This document shows, one piece after another, positions 1 to 9,130 of a stretch of 64,000 bases of DNA; within the stretch, counting starts at the first letter, position 1; each line of letters opens with the position of its first letter. Where the stretch lies: contig CAVYXA010000003.1 in NCBI GenBank assembly GCA_963772365.1, positions 672,001 to 736,000 on the forward strand, given 5' to 3'. Source of the stretch: an uncultured Verrucomicrobiae bacterium. GTDB taxonomy: Bacteria; Verrucomicrobiota; Verrucomicrobiia; Chthoniobacterales; UBA10450. The notes beneath the pieces are model-generated. The model ran no database searches. It had not been told where the DNA came from and was given only the letters and a program-made list of their open reading frames with translations. The position numbers and the translations under genes are program-made.

Positions 1-205
1 TAGGGGTCAGGCATCAAATCTTGACCGCGCAACTTGGGATGGTTTGGCAAGCAAACGAGCTGGAACCCCGCGGTTGGGTGAGATCGGAGGTCAGAGGGGG
101 GGTGAGGAGAGAAACCGGAGACGCTGATCCGCCTTCATTAGAATTACGGCGCGACGCGCCATGGCGCAGCTTGACTTGCAGATTCCAGCACGAGAAAGTT
201 TGGGC

Positions 206-442
206 ATGTCGCCGCGGCTCCAGCAGATTGAGGCGGAAGCCCTTCGTTTGCCTCCAGAAGATCGCGAATCTCTTGCGGGTGCCCTTGTTCAGAGCCTGGA
301 GGATGCTTCGGTAAATGAAATCGATGCCGCATGGATCGAGGAAGCGGAACAACGATATCAGAAATGGCGATCAGGTGAAACGAACGGCATCCAGAGCGAG
401 AAATTTTTTCCAGAAATCCGGCGCGATCTGGGATGGCGCTGA
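206..442 (+). CDS. Addiction module antitoxin component (TIGR02574-like)
   Basis: MSPRLQQIEAEALRLPPEDRESLAGALVQSL...IDAAWIEEAEQR pattern; ATG at 206; overlaps downstream ParE-like toxin. Confidence 0.8.
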   Translation: MSPRLQQIEAEALRLPPEDRESLAGALVQSLEDASVNEIDAAWIEEAEQRYQKWRSGETNGIQSEKFFPEIRRDLGWR

Positions 443-734
443 TTTACGACCCCGCAGCGCGTGCGGAATTGCTTGAGGCAGCGTCGTATTATGAGGAATG
501 CAGGACCGGTCTTGGGAAAGCGTTCCTTTCCGCGGTTGAACGCGCTGTGGCCCGGTTATCTAGCAAACCGCTTCGATGGCGCAAGATCGTGGCCGGTTTC
601 GCCGGTGTCTGGTAAAACAATTTCCTTATGGCATCATCTACGCAGTGGAGGGTGATGACATTTACGTGGCTGCGGTCATGCACCTTAAACGCAAGCCTGG
701 CTATTGGCGTGAGCGTGGTCGGCGACAGGATTGA
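433..734 (+). pseudogene. RelE/ParE-family toxin, frameshifted near 589
   Basis: MALIYDPAARAELLEAASYYE...RWRKI, then in a shifted frame from 591 GRFRRCLVKQFPYGIIYAVEGDDIYVAAVMHLKRKPGYWRERGRRQD* (TGA 732-734). Confidence 0.8.
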
Positions 735-879
735 CTTGAGCCCTTCTATCACACACGCGACACGTATTTGGAAACAGGGAATGGGGCCGTGTCCAAACTC
801 CGAAAGGCTTCGCCACGTCTCTGCGGAGTTGAAGACGGAAAAGGCTGTGCCTACGGCCCAAGGGGAGTTGAGAGCGAAT

Positions 880-1116
880 TTACGCGGTGATTACCTCGCG
901 CATCGGGCGGGTGACCGGTGCCCGGAGGTCTTTGCCGGCGGCTTCGAGTTCGTGGATTTCTTCCCGAATTAGCTGACACAATTGCCGGTACGTTTGCTCT
1001 TCATCCGCCCCGTGGCAGACGCCGCCCCACGGGAAGAGATCGGGACAGTAGCCGATGTAATGGCGATCATCATCACTCCATCGAACGAATTTCAGATATT
1101 GATCTTCAGCTTTCAT
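880..1116 (-). CDS. HicB-like small protein (orphan antitoxin-like)
   Basis: VRWSDDDRHYIGYCPDL...GVCHGADEEQTY motif typical of the HicB N-terminal fold. Confidence 0.6.
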   Translation of the reverse strand: MKAEDQYLKFVRWSDDDRHYIGYCPDLFPWGGVCHGADEEQTYRQLCQLIREEIHELEAAGKDLRAPVTRPMREVITA

Positions 1117-1240
1117 TGTTTCGAACCCTGGATTGCGGGTCGTACCTGTCGCTCCTGATAAGGAAGCGCGTCGTCGCCACCTTTGCCACTAAGGAGGCCC
1201 TCCACGGCGGCAAGCCGGGCACTCCCCAGACAAGATCGAT

Positions 1241-1588
1241 CTATTCTTTCTTTTCCTCAGCGGTCGGGCTGGCGCTGCTCATGGGATGACGGCGTTCCCA
1301 GCGTTGGGCCGATTTCTCGTGCATCTTCTTGTGCTGGGCTACCATTTCATTGAGCACCGCAATGACGGCATCGAGTTTTTTCTCGGGCGTAGCGGACGTG
1401 TTCATGTCGATCACGAGTTTGTCGAGCTTTTCGTCCATCGCTTTCATGTCGGCCGACATTTCTTCGTGCATCCCTTTCATCATCTTCATGCCATGCCCGC
1501 GCGGCATGGGCGTTTCATCTTGAGCAAAAACAGGAACGGCCAGCCAGGCGCCGGCCAACAACGCGATCAGAAGTTTTACCATTTTCAT
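1241..1588 (-). CDS. Secreted Met/His-rich helical protein
   Basis: Signal peptide MKMVKLLIALLAGAWLAVPVFA; HGMKMMKGMHEEMSADMKAM segment. Confidence 0.6.
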   Translation of the reverse strand: MKMVKLLIALLAGAWLAVPVFAQDETPMPRGHGMKMMKGMHEEMSADMKAMDEKLDKLVIDMNTSATPEKKLDAVIAVLNEMVAQHKKMHEKSAQRWERRHPMSSASPTAEEKKE

Positions 1589-1639
1589 AGAGAGACAATC
1601 AGCCATGGCGCGAATCGTGACAAGATCGAAGAACGCTCG

Positions 1640-1897
1640 TCACAGCATTCGCTGGCGAACTTCTTCTTCGCTCAACCCGTCGATGCGGACCACTTTTGCC
1701 CGTGATTTTTCACCGCGCACGAGAACGATGCAGCGTTTTGGGATTTTCAGTGATTGAGCAAGAAAGTTGCACAGAGCTGCGTTGGCTTTTCCTTCCACCG
1801 CCGGTGCCCGCAACTTGATCTTAATCCCGTCTCCGTGTTCCCCGACGACTTTGTCGAGCTTCGCATTTGGAACGACGCGGATTCGAACAATCGCCAT
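1640..1897 (-). CDS. DUF167/YggU family protein
   Basis: RVVPNAK...KLRAPAVEGKANAAL...GEKSRAKVVRI motifs. Confidence 0.85.
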   Translation of the reverse strand: MAIVRIRVVPNAKLDKVVGEHGDGIKIKLRAPAVEGKANAALCNFLAQSLKIPKRCIVLVRGEKSRAKVVRIDGLSEEEVRQRML

Positions 1898-1909
1898 TTA
1901 GGTGGGAAT

Positions 1910-2440
1910 CTAGATTTTCGGCGGCTCTTCGCCGAGTTGACGAAAATGTTCCTGTAGAAACATGACATCTTCGATGTCTCTGGCGCGCCCGGTTGGTTTC
2001 TTCGTCCGCCAAAGCAAACTCGGCGACGCGAATGGTATGGGCACTCCCTGTATGTTTCGAACAACGATCTCGTTGGCTGCCTCGCCATACTCGATTCCGC
2101 ATGCAGATTTCATGAGATCGACCATGATCTCGTCCCCCACGCGGACCACTCCGTAATGGGAAACTTCCCCGGGCTTCAACTCGCGGACAGCTTTGTCCGG
2201 TAGAATGTCGAGTGCCTTATAAACCAAGGCTTCGTTTTCCAAAGACGTATCGATCAGTAAATCGAGATCAGCAGTCGTTCTGGCAAAGCCGGCAACGATG
2301 ATGGCAAAGCCACCAATCACAACGTATCTCGCCCCCAATTCGTTTAACTTGCGGCAAAGCGCGACCAGGTCCGCCTCCTCGGGCATTCGTGTCGTCAGCT
2401 CTTCCGCGGGCGCCGGCGGCTCATCCATTTCAGCAACCAT
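1910..2440 (-). CDS. Nucleotidyltransferase-fold protein
   Basis: YVVIGGFA...RTTADLDLLI (GG plus DxD) and C-terminal K...GRARDIED. Confidence 0.75.
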   Translation of the reverse strand: MVAEMDEPPAPAEELTTRMPEEADLVALCRKLNELGARYVVIGGFAIIVAGFARTTADLDLLIDTSLENEALVYKALDILPDKAVRELKPGEVSHYGVVRVGDEIMVDLMKSACGIEYGEAANEIVVRNIQGVPIPFASPSLLWRTKKPTGRARDIEDVMFLQEHFRQLGEEPPKI

Positions 2441-2619
2441 TCATCAGCTTCTCCATGGGTCTTAAAGCGGAACACGCCTTTCGGGCAAATGCCTTCTAGA
2501 TGATCTTGGAGCTGATTTGCGGTGTTCTGCAATTTCATCGCAGTGGCAAAGGCCTCGGCGGCAGACCGGCGGCGTCCCACAGTTTTGCCGATCTTCTCTC
2601 CGACATTAACAGGCTTCAT
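2395..2619 (-). CDS. Small basic hypothetical protein upstream of and overlapping the nucleotidyltransferase
   Basis: 74-aa ORF with PKGVFRFKTHGEADEW segment; overlaps the downstream gene start. Confidence 0.55.
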   Translation of the reverse strand: MKPVNVGEKIGKTVGRRRSAAEAFATAMKLQNTANQLQDHLEGICPKGVFRFKTHGEADEWLLKWMSRRRPRKS

Positions 2620-2662
2620 CTCTGTGTGAGGTTCGCATATTTCCGGTTTACCGCCAAGCAGG

Positions 2663-3640
2663 TTAGAGTCCAACCGCCGTGCGGACGCGTTTCATCACCT
2701 GATCGGCAATCGCATTCGCGCGCTCGGCCCCTCTTTCGAGAACATTGTCGATGTATGATTTGTCTGCCAGAATTTCTTCCCGTCGTTTGCGCATCGGCCC
2801 AAAATATTCCCAGAGTTTTTCGAACAGCTCTTTTTTGAAATCGCCGTAGCCCGTGCCGCCTTTTTGAAAGCGCTGTCGCATGCTTTCGATTTCCTCTTTC
2901 GACGCGACCAGCGAATACAACTGAAAAATTGTCGATCTTGTCGGGGACTTGGGCGCTTCGACCGGTGTGGAATCGGTCACGATGCTCATCACCCGTTTTC
3001 GCGTTTCCTTTTCGTCGCCGAAGATGTCGATGTTATTGCCGTAACTTTTGCTCATCTTCTGGCCGTCGATTCCGGGAACGACCTGCGTCGTCGGACTGAT
3101 CCGCGGTTCGGGCAATTTGAAGACCGACCCTTCGGGCGCGAATTGCCCATAAGTTTCGTTAATCTTGGTGGCGAGATCGCGTGTGATCTCGATGTGTTGT
3201 TTCTGGTCCTTGCCGACCGGCACCGCGTCGCTGTCGTAAATCAAAATATCGGCGGCCATTAAAACGGGATAACTGAACAGGCCCACAGTAGGCGCGAGGC
3301 CACGCGCGAGTTTGTCCTTATAAGAATGGGCCCGCTCCAGTAGGCCCATCGGCGCGACGGTGGAAAGGATCCAGCTTAACTCGGTGACCGCTGGCACATC
3401 GGATTGTCGAAACAACGCCGCGCGGTCGGGATCGAGACCGCACGCTAGGAAATCGAGCGCGACGCGCCGGCTGTTTTCCCGGAGGAGATTGGGATCGCGC
3501 ACACTGGTGAGCGCATGATACTCGGCGATGAAATAGAACGTTTCGCCCTCGGACTGAAGCGCAATGGCTGGCCGCATCATGCCGAAATAATTGCCGATGT
3601 GCAGCACGCCGCTTGGTTGAATACCGGATAGAATGCGCAT
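2663..3640 (-). CDS. trpS: Tryptophan--tRNA ligase
   Basis: SGIQPSG.LHIGNY (HIGH), VPVGKDQKQH, KMSKS. Confidence 0.97.
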   Translation of the reverse strand: MRILSGIQPSGVLHIGNYFGMMRPAIALQSEGETFYFIAEYHALTSVRDPNLLRENSRRVALDFLACGLDPDRAALFRQSDVPAVTELSWILSTVAPMGLLERAHSYKDKLARGLAPTVGLFSYPVLMAADILIYDSDAVPVGKDQKQHIEITRDLATKINETYGQFAPEGSVFKLPEPRISPTTQVVPGIDGQKMSKSYGNNIDIFGDEKETRKRVMSIVTDSTPVEAPKSPTRSTIFQLYSLVASKEEIESMRQRFQKGGTGYGDFKKELFEKLWEYFGPMRKRREEILADKSYIDNVLERGAERANAIADQVMKRVRTAVGL

Positions 3641-3651
3641 GGCCGTCTTAT

Positions 3652-3736
3652 TTGTTGTCGTGAGCGAAGGCGAAGGATCTCATTTTAAATTGGCAAAGTA
3701 ATAGTTGGAGATTTCTCGCTCCGCTCGGAATGACAA
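3652..3736. repeat. TGTCA-type palindromic repeat (copy 1)
   Basis: gtgagcgaaggcgaaggatctc...gagatttctcgctccgctcggaatgacaa; homologous to 22589-22671. Confidence 0.7.
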
Positions 3737-3806
3737 GCGATGCAGGACCCGCACTGGGTTGAATGCCGAACAAAATCCGCATGGCTCTCTTCCGCTTTGG
3801 CCATTG

Positions 3807-4991
3807 TCATGGCAAGACCAGAGTGATCAGCAGGGTTGCGACAAAAGCAACTGAAAGGACGGCGAGATAAGCGACTCCACCAACCAGGAATTTGAAAACA
3901 GTGAAAAACCAGCCCTGGCGATAAACGCGGCGAATCGAGAAAAAGATTTGCGCGGCGAACGCGATCCAGAAGAACGCGATGATCCATTCGCCGAGCACGC
4001 TCGGGGCAGATCGATTCAAACCCATGGTAGCGGCAACAATCAGCATTACCCCGAGATAGGCGAAACTGTGGATGTGCAGGGCGTAAATCAGATGATCGAT
4101 GTAAAAGATCTTTTTTCGGATGTAGAGGATTTTTAGAACAAACGCAAAAAGTGGAATACAGGCCAGCATCATGTAAGGCAGATTGCTAAAAAGAGTCGTG
4201 ATGAATAGTCCCATTTTTGTTCCGTGTTCGCCCATTTTTTCCTTCGCCCGAGCTTCGAGCCAGCGTTCAAACGGCGTTGTCGATTTTGCATTATCGAAAA
4301 GCATAAATGGCCGTTCTTTGACGGGTCCATAGTCTCGGCGGCTCGATTCGGCGGGTGGAGGTGTTTCGGTAGGCGAAGGCGAAGCAGCAGGGGCAGGCGA
4401 AGCTGGTGCGACTGCAGGAGTTGGTTTGGTGAAATAATCCAGTGCTTCCTGCGCTTTGCGGCGTTGCTCGGCGGAAAGGTTTTCTTTGTCGAGTTTCTTT
4501 TCGATTTCGTTTCGATTTTCTTCGATCGACTTGGCGATCGCCGCCCGGCTTTTTTCCGGGATCTTACCGGGTTCGACGTGTATTCCCTTCACTCCATAGT
4601 TTACGACAAAGAAGAACAGGATACTGGCCAGCAGATAGAGCCGAAGCGGATGCACGTAACGCACCCGGTGCCCGGCGAGAAATTCATTCGTGAGACGCCA
4701 TGGCTTAACGATGAGAAGAGCGATTGTCGCGAAGAACTTCGAATCCCAATTGAGAAATTCGTTGAGCATATCGAAAAGCACGTGCCCGAAGGACCGGCGA
4801 TAATCGATCGCCGGTTGGCCACATTGCGCGCACCAATGCCCGTATAGCTGAGCGCCGCAATTCTCGCAGTGACTCGGCGGCGGTGGCTGCGATTTTCGCC
4901 GACCGAAAAAGCGTCGCTTCTTCGGCGTGTGTCCTTCAACTGCGGAAATGGCCGTATCGCCCAGGACGTATTGTGTGACTTCGTCGGACAC
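3807..4991 (-). CDS. DUF3667 domain membrane protein
   Basis: CENCGAQLYGHWCAQCGQ zinc ribbon, P.RLT.EFL.G.RVRYVHPLRLYL, multiple TM segments. Confidence 0.8.
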   Translation of the reverse strand: MSDEVTQYVLGDTAISAVEGHTPKKRRFFGRRKSQPPPPSHCENCGAQLYGHWCAQCGQPAIDYRRSFGHVLFDMLNEFLNWDSKFFATIALLIVKPWRLTNEFLAGHRVRYVHPLRLYLLASILFFFVVNYGVKGIHVEPGKIPEKSRAAIAKSIEENRNEIEKKLDKENLSAEQRRKAQEALDYFTKPTPAVAPASPAPAASPSPTETPPPAESSRRDYGPVKERPFMLFDNAKSTTPFERWLEARAKEKMGEHGTKMGLFITTLFSNLPYMMLACIPLFAFVLKILYIRKKIFYIDHLIYALHIHSFAYLGVMLIVAATMGLNRSAPSVLGEWIIAFFWIAFAAQIFFSIRRVYRQGWFFTVFKFLVGGVAYLAVLSVAFVATLLITLVLP

Positions 4992-5033
4992 GCGCGGAGC
5001 TTAAGGAAACTGAAGCGGGGCGTCTACGCCGAA

Positions 5034-5246
5034 TCAGTTGCGCAGGAAAAATAGCGCCCCACTGCCGATGACACCGACGGCGAGCATGATCCCGGTGCTC
5101 TCGACGAAATAAGGGTAAATCATCAGAGCCAATCCGCACAGCATCATCCGCCAGAGCTGCATTCGTTTGCCGTAGGCAAAGGCTACAAAGCCGATGGAAC
5201 CGAAGACGAGCCCGCCGATCAGGTTTGCCGCACCGACTTGGAACAT
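5034..5246 (-). CDS. Small membrane protein
   Basis: 70 aa hydrophobic; FGSIGFVAFAYGKR...LMIYPYFV. Confidence 0.65.
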   Translation of the reverse strand: MFQVGAANLIGGLVFGSIGFVAFAYGKRMQLWRMMLCGLALMIYPYFVESTGIMLAVGVIGSGALFFLRN

Positions 5247-5290
5247 GTCGATCTTACCAGCTTAAGACGCGCCAGGGGACGATTGTTCTG

Positions 5291-5433
5291 AGGTGGAACG
5301 CGTTGTCCCAACGCGTTGGTAAAACAAAATCGGCTTCTGCCGCAGAACTTCTTCACGTGTGGTGCACCTGCCTAGAGTTTGCGCCTTCGGCGATTGACTT
5401 ATCATCGTCTCGCCGCGGCGAGCCGATCCACCT
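5291..5433. repeat. GTGG-tagged REP doublet (family A, copy 1)
   Basis: aggtggaacgcgttgtcccaacgcgttgg...ctcgccgcggcgagccgatccacct; homologous copies at 7106 and 61278. Confidence 0.8.
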
Positions 5434-5499
5434 GCTTTGATTTTCGAACAAACTTTGCATTGACCGCGCGAATGGCTTGATGACACGATCTCGTCCGCC

Positions 5500-7107
5500 A
5501 TGGCGTCTCGCCTTTTTAGGACCAAGAGCCCTGATCGATTGATGGCCGAGGCAGCCGCGCCGGAACGCCAAATGAAGCGGGCGCTCTCTGCGTTCGATCT
5601 GACGTGTGTGGGCATCGGCGCAATCATCGGCGCGGGAATTTTCGCGTTGGCTGGAACGGCGGCAGCTGGCGAGCAAATCGAAGCCTCGATCTGGAAAACG
5701 CCGATTCTTAATTTCATCACTTCGTACGTTTCGCACACCGCTCTGGTTTTTGGACGACCGGGCGCAGGTCCTGCGGTAATGCTTTCGTTTGTTGTGGCCG
5801 CAGTCGCCTGCGGATTTGCCGCGCTTTGTTACGCCGAGCTCGCATCGATGATCCCGGTCTCAGGTTCTGCTTACACCTATTCCTACGCGACATTAGGCGA
5901 GATCATCGCCTGGATCATTGGATGGGACCTGATTCTGGAATACGCCGTTGGAAATATGGCTGTGGCAGTCGGTTGGTCCGGCTACTTCGTCCAACTGTGC
6001 GCGAGCCTTTTTGGCTTGAAATTTCCGATCTGGCTCGTGAACGATCATTCCACTGCCTCGGCAATCATCTCGCAGGGTGGTGAGGCTCTGAAGAATTACT
6101 CGTCAACCACTCTTCCTACCCTCGCCGGACACGCTATCGCAGTAAACTTGCCGGCATTGGTAATCGTCGCTGCGGTGACGGTCCTCCTGATTTACGGAAT
6201 TCGGGAGAGCGCACGGACAAACACGGCCATCGTCATCACGAAAGTCGCGGTGGTTGTTTTCGTGATTTCGTTCGGGGCGTTCATGGTTCACCCGGTGAAC
6301 TGGAAACCTTTCATGCCGACTGGAATCAACGGAATGATGAGCGGAGCCGCGATTGTGTTTTTCGCTTTCATCGGGTTCGATGCTGTTTCGACCACGGCTG
6401 AGGAAACGAAAAATCCACAGCGCGATATGCCGATCGGCATCATTGCCAGTCTGATAATCTGTACGCTGCTTTACGTCCTGATGGCTGCCGTGCTGACGGG
6501 AATGCGAAAATACACGACTTATTTCGGCGATTCGGCGGCGGTCGCCACTGCTTTCGCCGGTTTGCCGTGGGCTCAGGCCGTCATCAGCGCGGGCGCGCTG
6601 GCGGGGCTGACTTCGGTGCTGCTCGTCTTTCAGTTAGGCCAACCGCGCATTTTTATGGCCATGGCACGCGATGGATTGCTTCCGGAATATTTCTCCAGAA
6701 TTCATCCGCGCTTCCGGACGCCCTACGTCACGACGATCTGGACGGGCGTTGCTGTTGGTGGCGTGGCCATGCTTACTGATATCGGCTCACTGGCCGATCT
6801 CACCAATATCGGGACGCTTTTTGCCTTCGTGCTTGTTTGCATCGGTGTCATTATGTTGCGCCGCAACGACGCATCCCGGCCGCGACCATTCCGCGTACCG
6901 TTCGTCCCGATCTTTCCAATTCTCGGCGTTCTATTTTGTCTTGTGCTAATGCTAAGCCTGCCTCTGGAAACTTGGATGCGGTTTGTGATCTGGCTGGGAA
7001 TTGGGCTCGTAATTTACTTTTTCTATGGAGTGGCCCACAGCAAGTTGCGACGCGGCGTTGATACCGGTGAGACCGAGGATCAGCCGCCGCCTCTGATCAA
7101 GACTTAG
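5500..7107 (+). CDS. APC-family amino acid permease
   Basis: GIGAIIGAGIF, GSAYTYSY, FFAFIGFDAVST.AEE..NP motifs; many TM helices. Confidence 0.92.
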   Translation: MASRLFRTKSPDRLMAEAAAPERQMKRALSAFDLTCVGIGAIIGAGIFALAGTAAAGEQIEASIWKTPILNFITSYVSHTALVFGRPGAGPAVMLSFVVAAVACGFAALCYAELASMIPVSGSAYTYSYATLGEIIAWIIGWDLILEYAVGNMAVAVGWSGYFVQLCASLFGLKFPIWLVNDHSTASAIISQGGEALKNYSSTTLPTLAGHAIAVNLPALVIVAAVTVLLIYGIRESARTNTAIVITKVAVVVFVISFGAFMVHPVNWKPFMPTGINGMMSGAAIVFFAFIGFDAVSTTAEETKNPQRDMPIGIIASLIICTLLYVLMAAVLTGMRKYTTYFGDSAAVATAFAGLPWAQAVISAGALAGLTSVLLVFQLGQPRIFMAMARDGLLPEYFSRIHPRFRTPYVTTIWTGVAVGGVAMLTDIGSLADLTNIGTLFAFVLVCIGVIMLRRNDASRPRPFRVPFVPIFPILGVLFCLVLMLSLPLETWMRFVIWLGIGLVIYFFYGVAHSKLRRGVDTGETEDQPPPLIKT

Positions 7108-7251
7108 GTGGAACGCGCTGTCCTCAACGCGTTGGTAAAGCAGATGCGGCTATGGCCACCAAACTCTTTCTCGGGTTTGGCGGCCATTTAAGGGAAACTG
7201 CGCCTTCGACGATTGGGTAACATCGGCTCGCCGCGGCGAGCCGATCCACCT
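7106..7251. repeat. GTGG-tagged REP doublet (family A, copy 2)
   Basis: aggtggaacgcgctgtcctcaacgcgttgg...atcggctcgccgcggcgagccgatccacct; overlaps the permease TAG. Confidence 0.8.
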
Positions 7252-7262
7252 TGGACTAATGT

Positions 7263-7709
7263 TTACCCAGCGTGACTGGCTTTATCGTCGGCCTCGAGCC
7301 AGTCGAACGTCGTCGTGTTTGCTGGGTCGAGTCCGAGTTCTTTACAGCTCTCTACGAAATATTCGCGTTTCTCTGGCTCGTTATAGAGGCTCTTCTTTTC
7401 GGCCTCATCACTCCATCGCTTGATTTCATCAGCCGTTTTCTTGTCGCCGTTGGAATCGAGCCATTCCGCCATTTGTTGATCGCTGGCGCCATTCTCGATC
7501 TGCGCTTTGAAATCGGGGCCTTTGACGCCCTTGAAGCCGAATAGCGTATTATCCAGCGGGCAATCGAAGTGGTATTCGCCAATGTTGCCGGCCACCAACG
7601 CCCGGCACTTGTCGATGGTACGGCCTAGAATCGCGTAGCCGCCAATCCGAATCCGTGGACTCCGTGGCGCTTCTTTGGTCAGATCTTTGCCTGTGACATT
7701 CTTATGCAT
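7263..7709 (-). CDS. DUF5069 domain protein
   Basis: DLTKEAPRSPR.RIGGYAILGRTIDKCRA...GEYHFDCPLD; ATG at 7709. Confidence 0.75.
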   Translation of the reverse strand: MHKNVTGKDLTKEAPRSPRIRIGGYAILGRTIDKCRALVAGNIGEYHFDCPLDNTLFGFKGVKGPDFKAQIENGASDQQMAEWLDSNGDKKTADEIKRWSDEAEKKSLYNEPEKREYFVESCKELGLDPANTTTFDWLEADDKASHAG

Positions 7710-7794
7710 GCGACAACTTAATGCCAATCGAGCGCAACGGCAAAAATAGTTCGGGACCAGACGCAATGGGCAGTCGGGTTTCGAACTATCAGAG

Positions 7795-8247
7795 ATGGAG
7801 CAACAACATGGCCTGGTTTCGACGGTTGCCGAATTGATAGGCACGCTGAGGGATGGCGAACGAGGATATGCCGCAGCCGCCGAAGCGGCCCGGGACCCGC
7901 GTTTTAAATCGCTCTTTGCCGAGTACGCGGGGCAGCGGTCCCGTTTTCTGAAGCAACTCAGCGAGGCCGCTCATCAATCCCGTGGGGAACCGTCTCTTCT
8001 TTACAGCATCGCCGGAGCACTGCATCGCGGCTGGATCACCTTGCGGACGGCTGTCTCTCGCGGAGATGACCGCGCGCTATTGGCCGAGTGTGAACGCGGC
8101 GAGGAATCGGCGCTACATCATTATGAAAAAGCGCTCAAGAATCATCTCTCTTCCTCGATTCGCGATCTCGTCGCGCGCCAATATCAGGAAGTAAAAAGCG
8201 CGCATGATCGTATTCATTACCTGCGCGACCTGGCCAGGGCGGTCTGA
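7795..8247 (+). CDS. PA2169/DUF2383 ferritin-like four-helix bundle protein
   Basis: DGERGY..AAE...GALHRGWI.L...ECERGEE.AL..YEKAL. Confidence 0.85.
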   Translation: MEQQHGLVSTVAELIGTLRDGERGYAAAAEAARDPRFKSLFAEYAGQRSRFLKQLSEAAHQSRGEPSLLYSIAGALHRGWITLRTAVSRGDDRALLAECERGEESALHHYEKALKNHLSSSIRDLVARQYQEVKSAHDRIHYLRDLARAV

Positions 8248-8394
8248 CCGGCGACGAAACGCCAACGATGCGCTGCGGCGGTCGCAATTTGTTTCGACCT
8301 GTCCTTTTGGCCTAACTGAAACGGCGGTTCCAGTGCGGCTGGGCGCCAGGATTATCGCTATCTGCGGATCGGACAGCCGTTGCGACACATGCCG

Positions 8395-8520
8395 GCCAAG
8401 TCGCGTCTGCTGAATCCGAATCTCCGCATCAGCGAGATTGCTTGCGACGTCGGTTTCCAGTCGCTCACCCAGTTCAATCGGACGTTCAAGCGCGTTTTTG
8501 GCGAATCGCCGAGCGAATTC
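8395..8520 (+). pseudogene. C-terminal HTH remnant of an AraC-family regulator
   Basis: AKSRLLNPNLRISEIACDVGFQSLTQFNRTFKRVFGESPSEF; no N-terminal domain upstream. Confidence 0.75.
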
Positions 8521-8608
8521 GCGGGCACATCGTCTCGGCCCGGAGCAAAAGCCGAGCGGCCTGATTGCAGGCCAGCAGCCACATCCGCAGGAATTAAATG
8601 GACAAGAC

Positions 8609-9049
8609 CTAGAATTGTGATCCCGCGCTGCCGGGAGCGATCGCAAAAGGCGCTCCCGTTTGCGCATTGTAAGTCTCGGGATAAAACGGTTCACACCCGA
8701 AACGAATGTCCAGAAGTGCCGAATTGGTAGGCGTGTTTGGGACGACCCAATAAAAAAATCTGGTATTCGGATCCATACACGGCGTGATCTGCAACGTGTA
8801 CGTCCTGCCGCCATCCAGCGACAGCCAAAGCTCGATTTCACAGTAAGACGGCCAATGGATCGGGTTTGGATTCGATGTCTGCCATTCCACTTTGATCCTC
8901 TGCCCAGGATAGAGAACTTGCCCCGCCTTTGGCGAAATCAGTGTTGCGGAAAAACTAGGCGGCGCCGGAGGCAGTGCCATAGTGGCCGAGGGGGCAAAGG
9001 CGAATGCCAGCAAAAATAATGTTACAACAAATCCTGGTAGGGCTTTCAT
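8609..9049 (-). CDS. Secreted small Ig-like beta-sandwich protein
   Basis: Signal peptide; LISPKAGQVLYPGQRIKVEW and LSLDGGRTY...YWVVPN; good RBS aaggag. Confidence 0.6.
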   Translation of the reverse strand: MKALPGFVVTLFLLAFAFAPSATMALPPAPPSFSATLISPKAGQVLYPGQRIKVEWQTSNPNPIHWPSYCEIELWLSLDGGRTYTLQITPCMDPNTRFFYWVVPNTPTNSALLDIRFGCEPFYPETYNAQTGAPFAIAPGSAGSQF

Positions 9050-9116
9050 TTTTTACTCCTTCTGTTGAATGAAAAAATTGTGGACCCAAGTCGCGATTCT
9101 TCAAGAGATTGTTGCC

Positions 9117-9130
9117 TTACAATCTTGTAA
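9117..9130. promoter_or_regulatory. Palindrome TTACAA-TC-TTGTAA in a divergent intergenic region (candidate operator)
   Basis: Perfect 6-bp inverted repeat between the divergent starts at 9049 and 9243. Confidence 0.35.
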
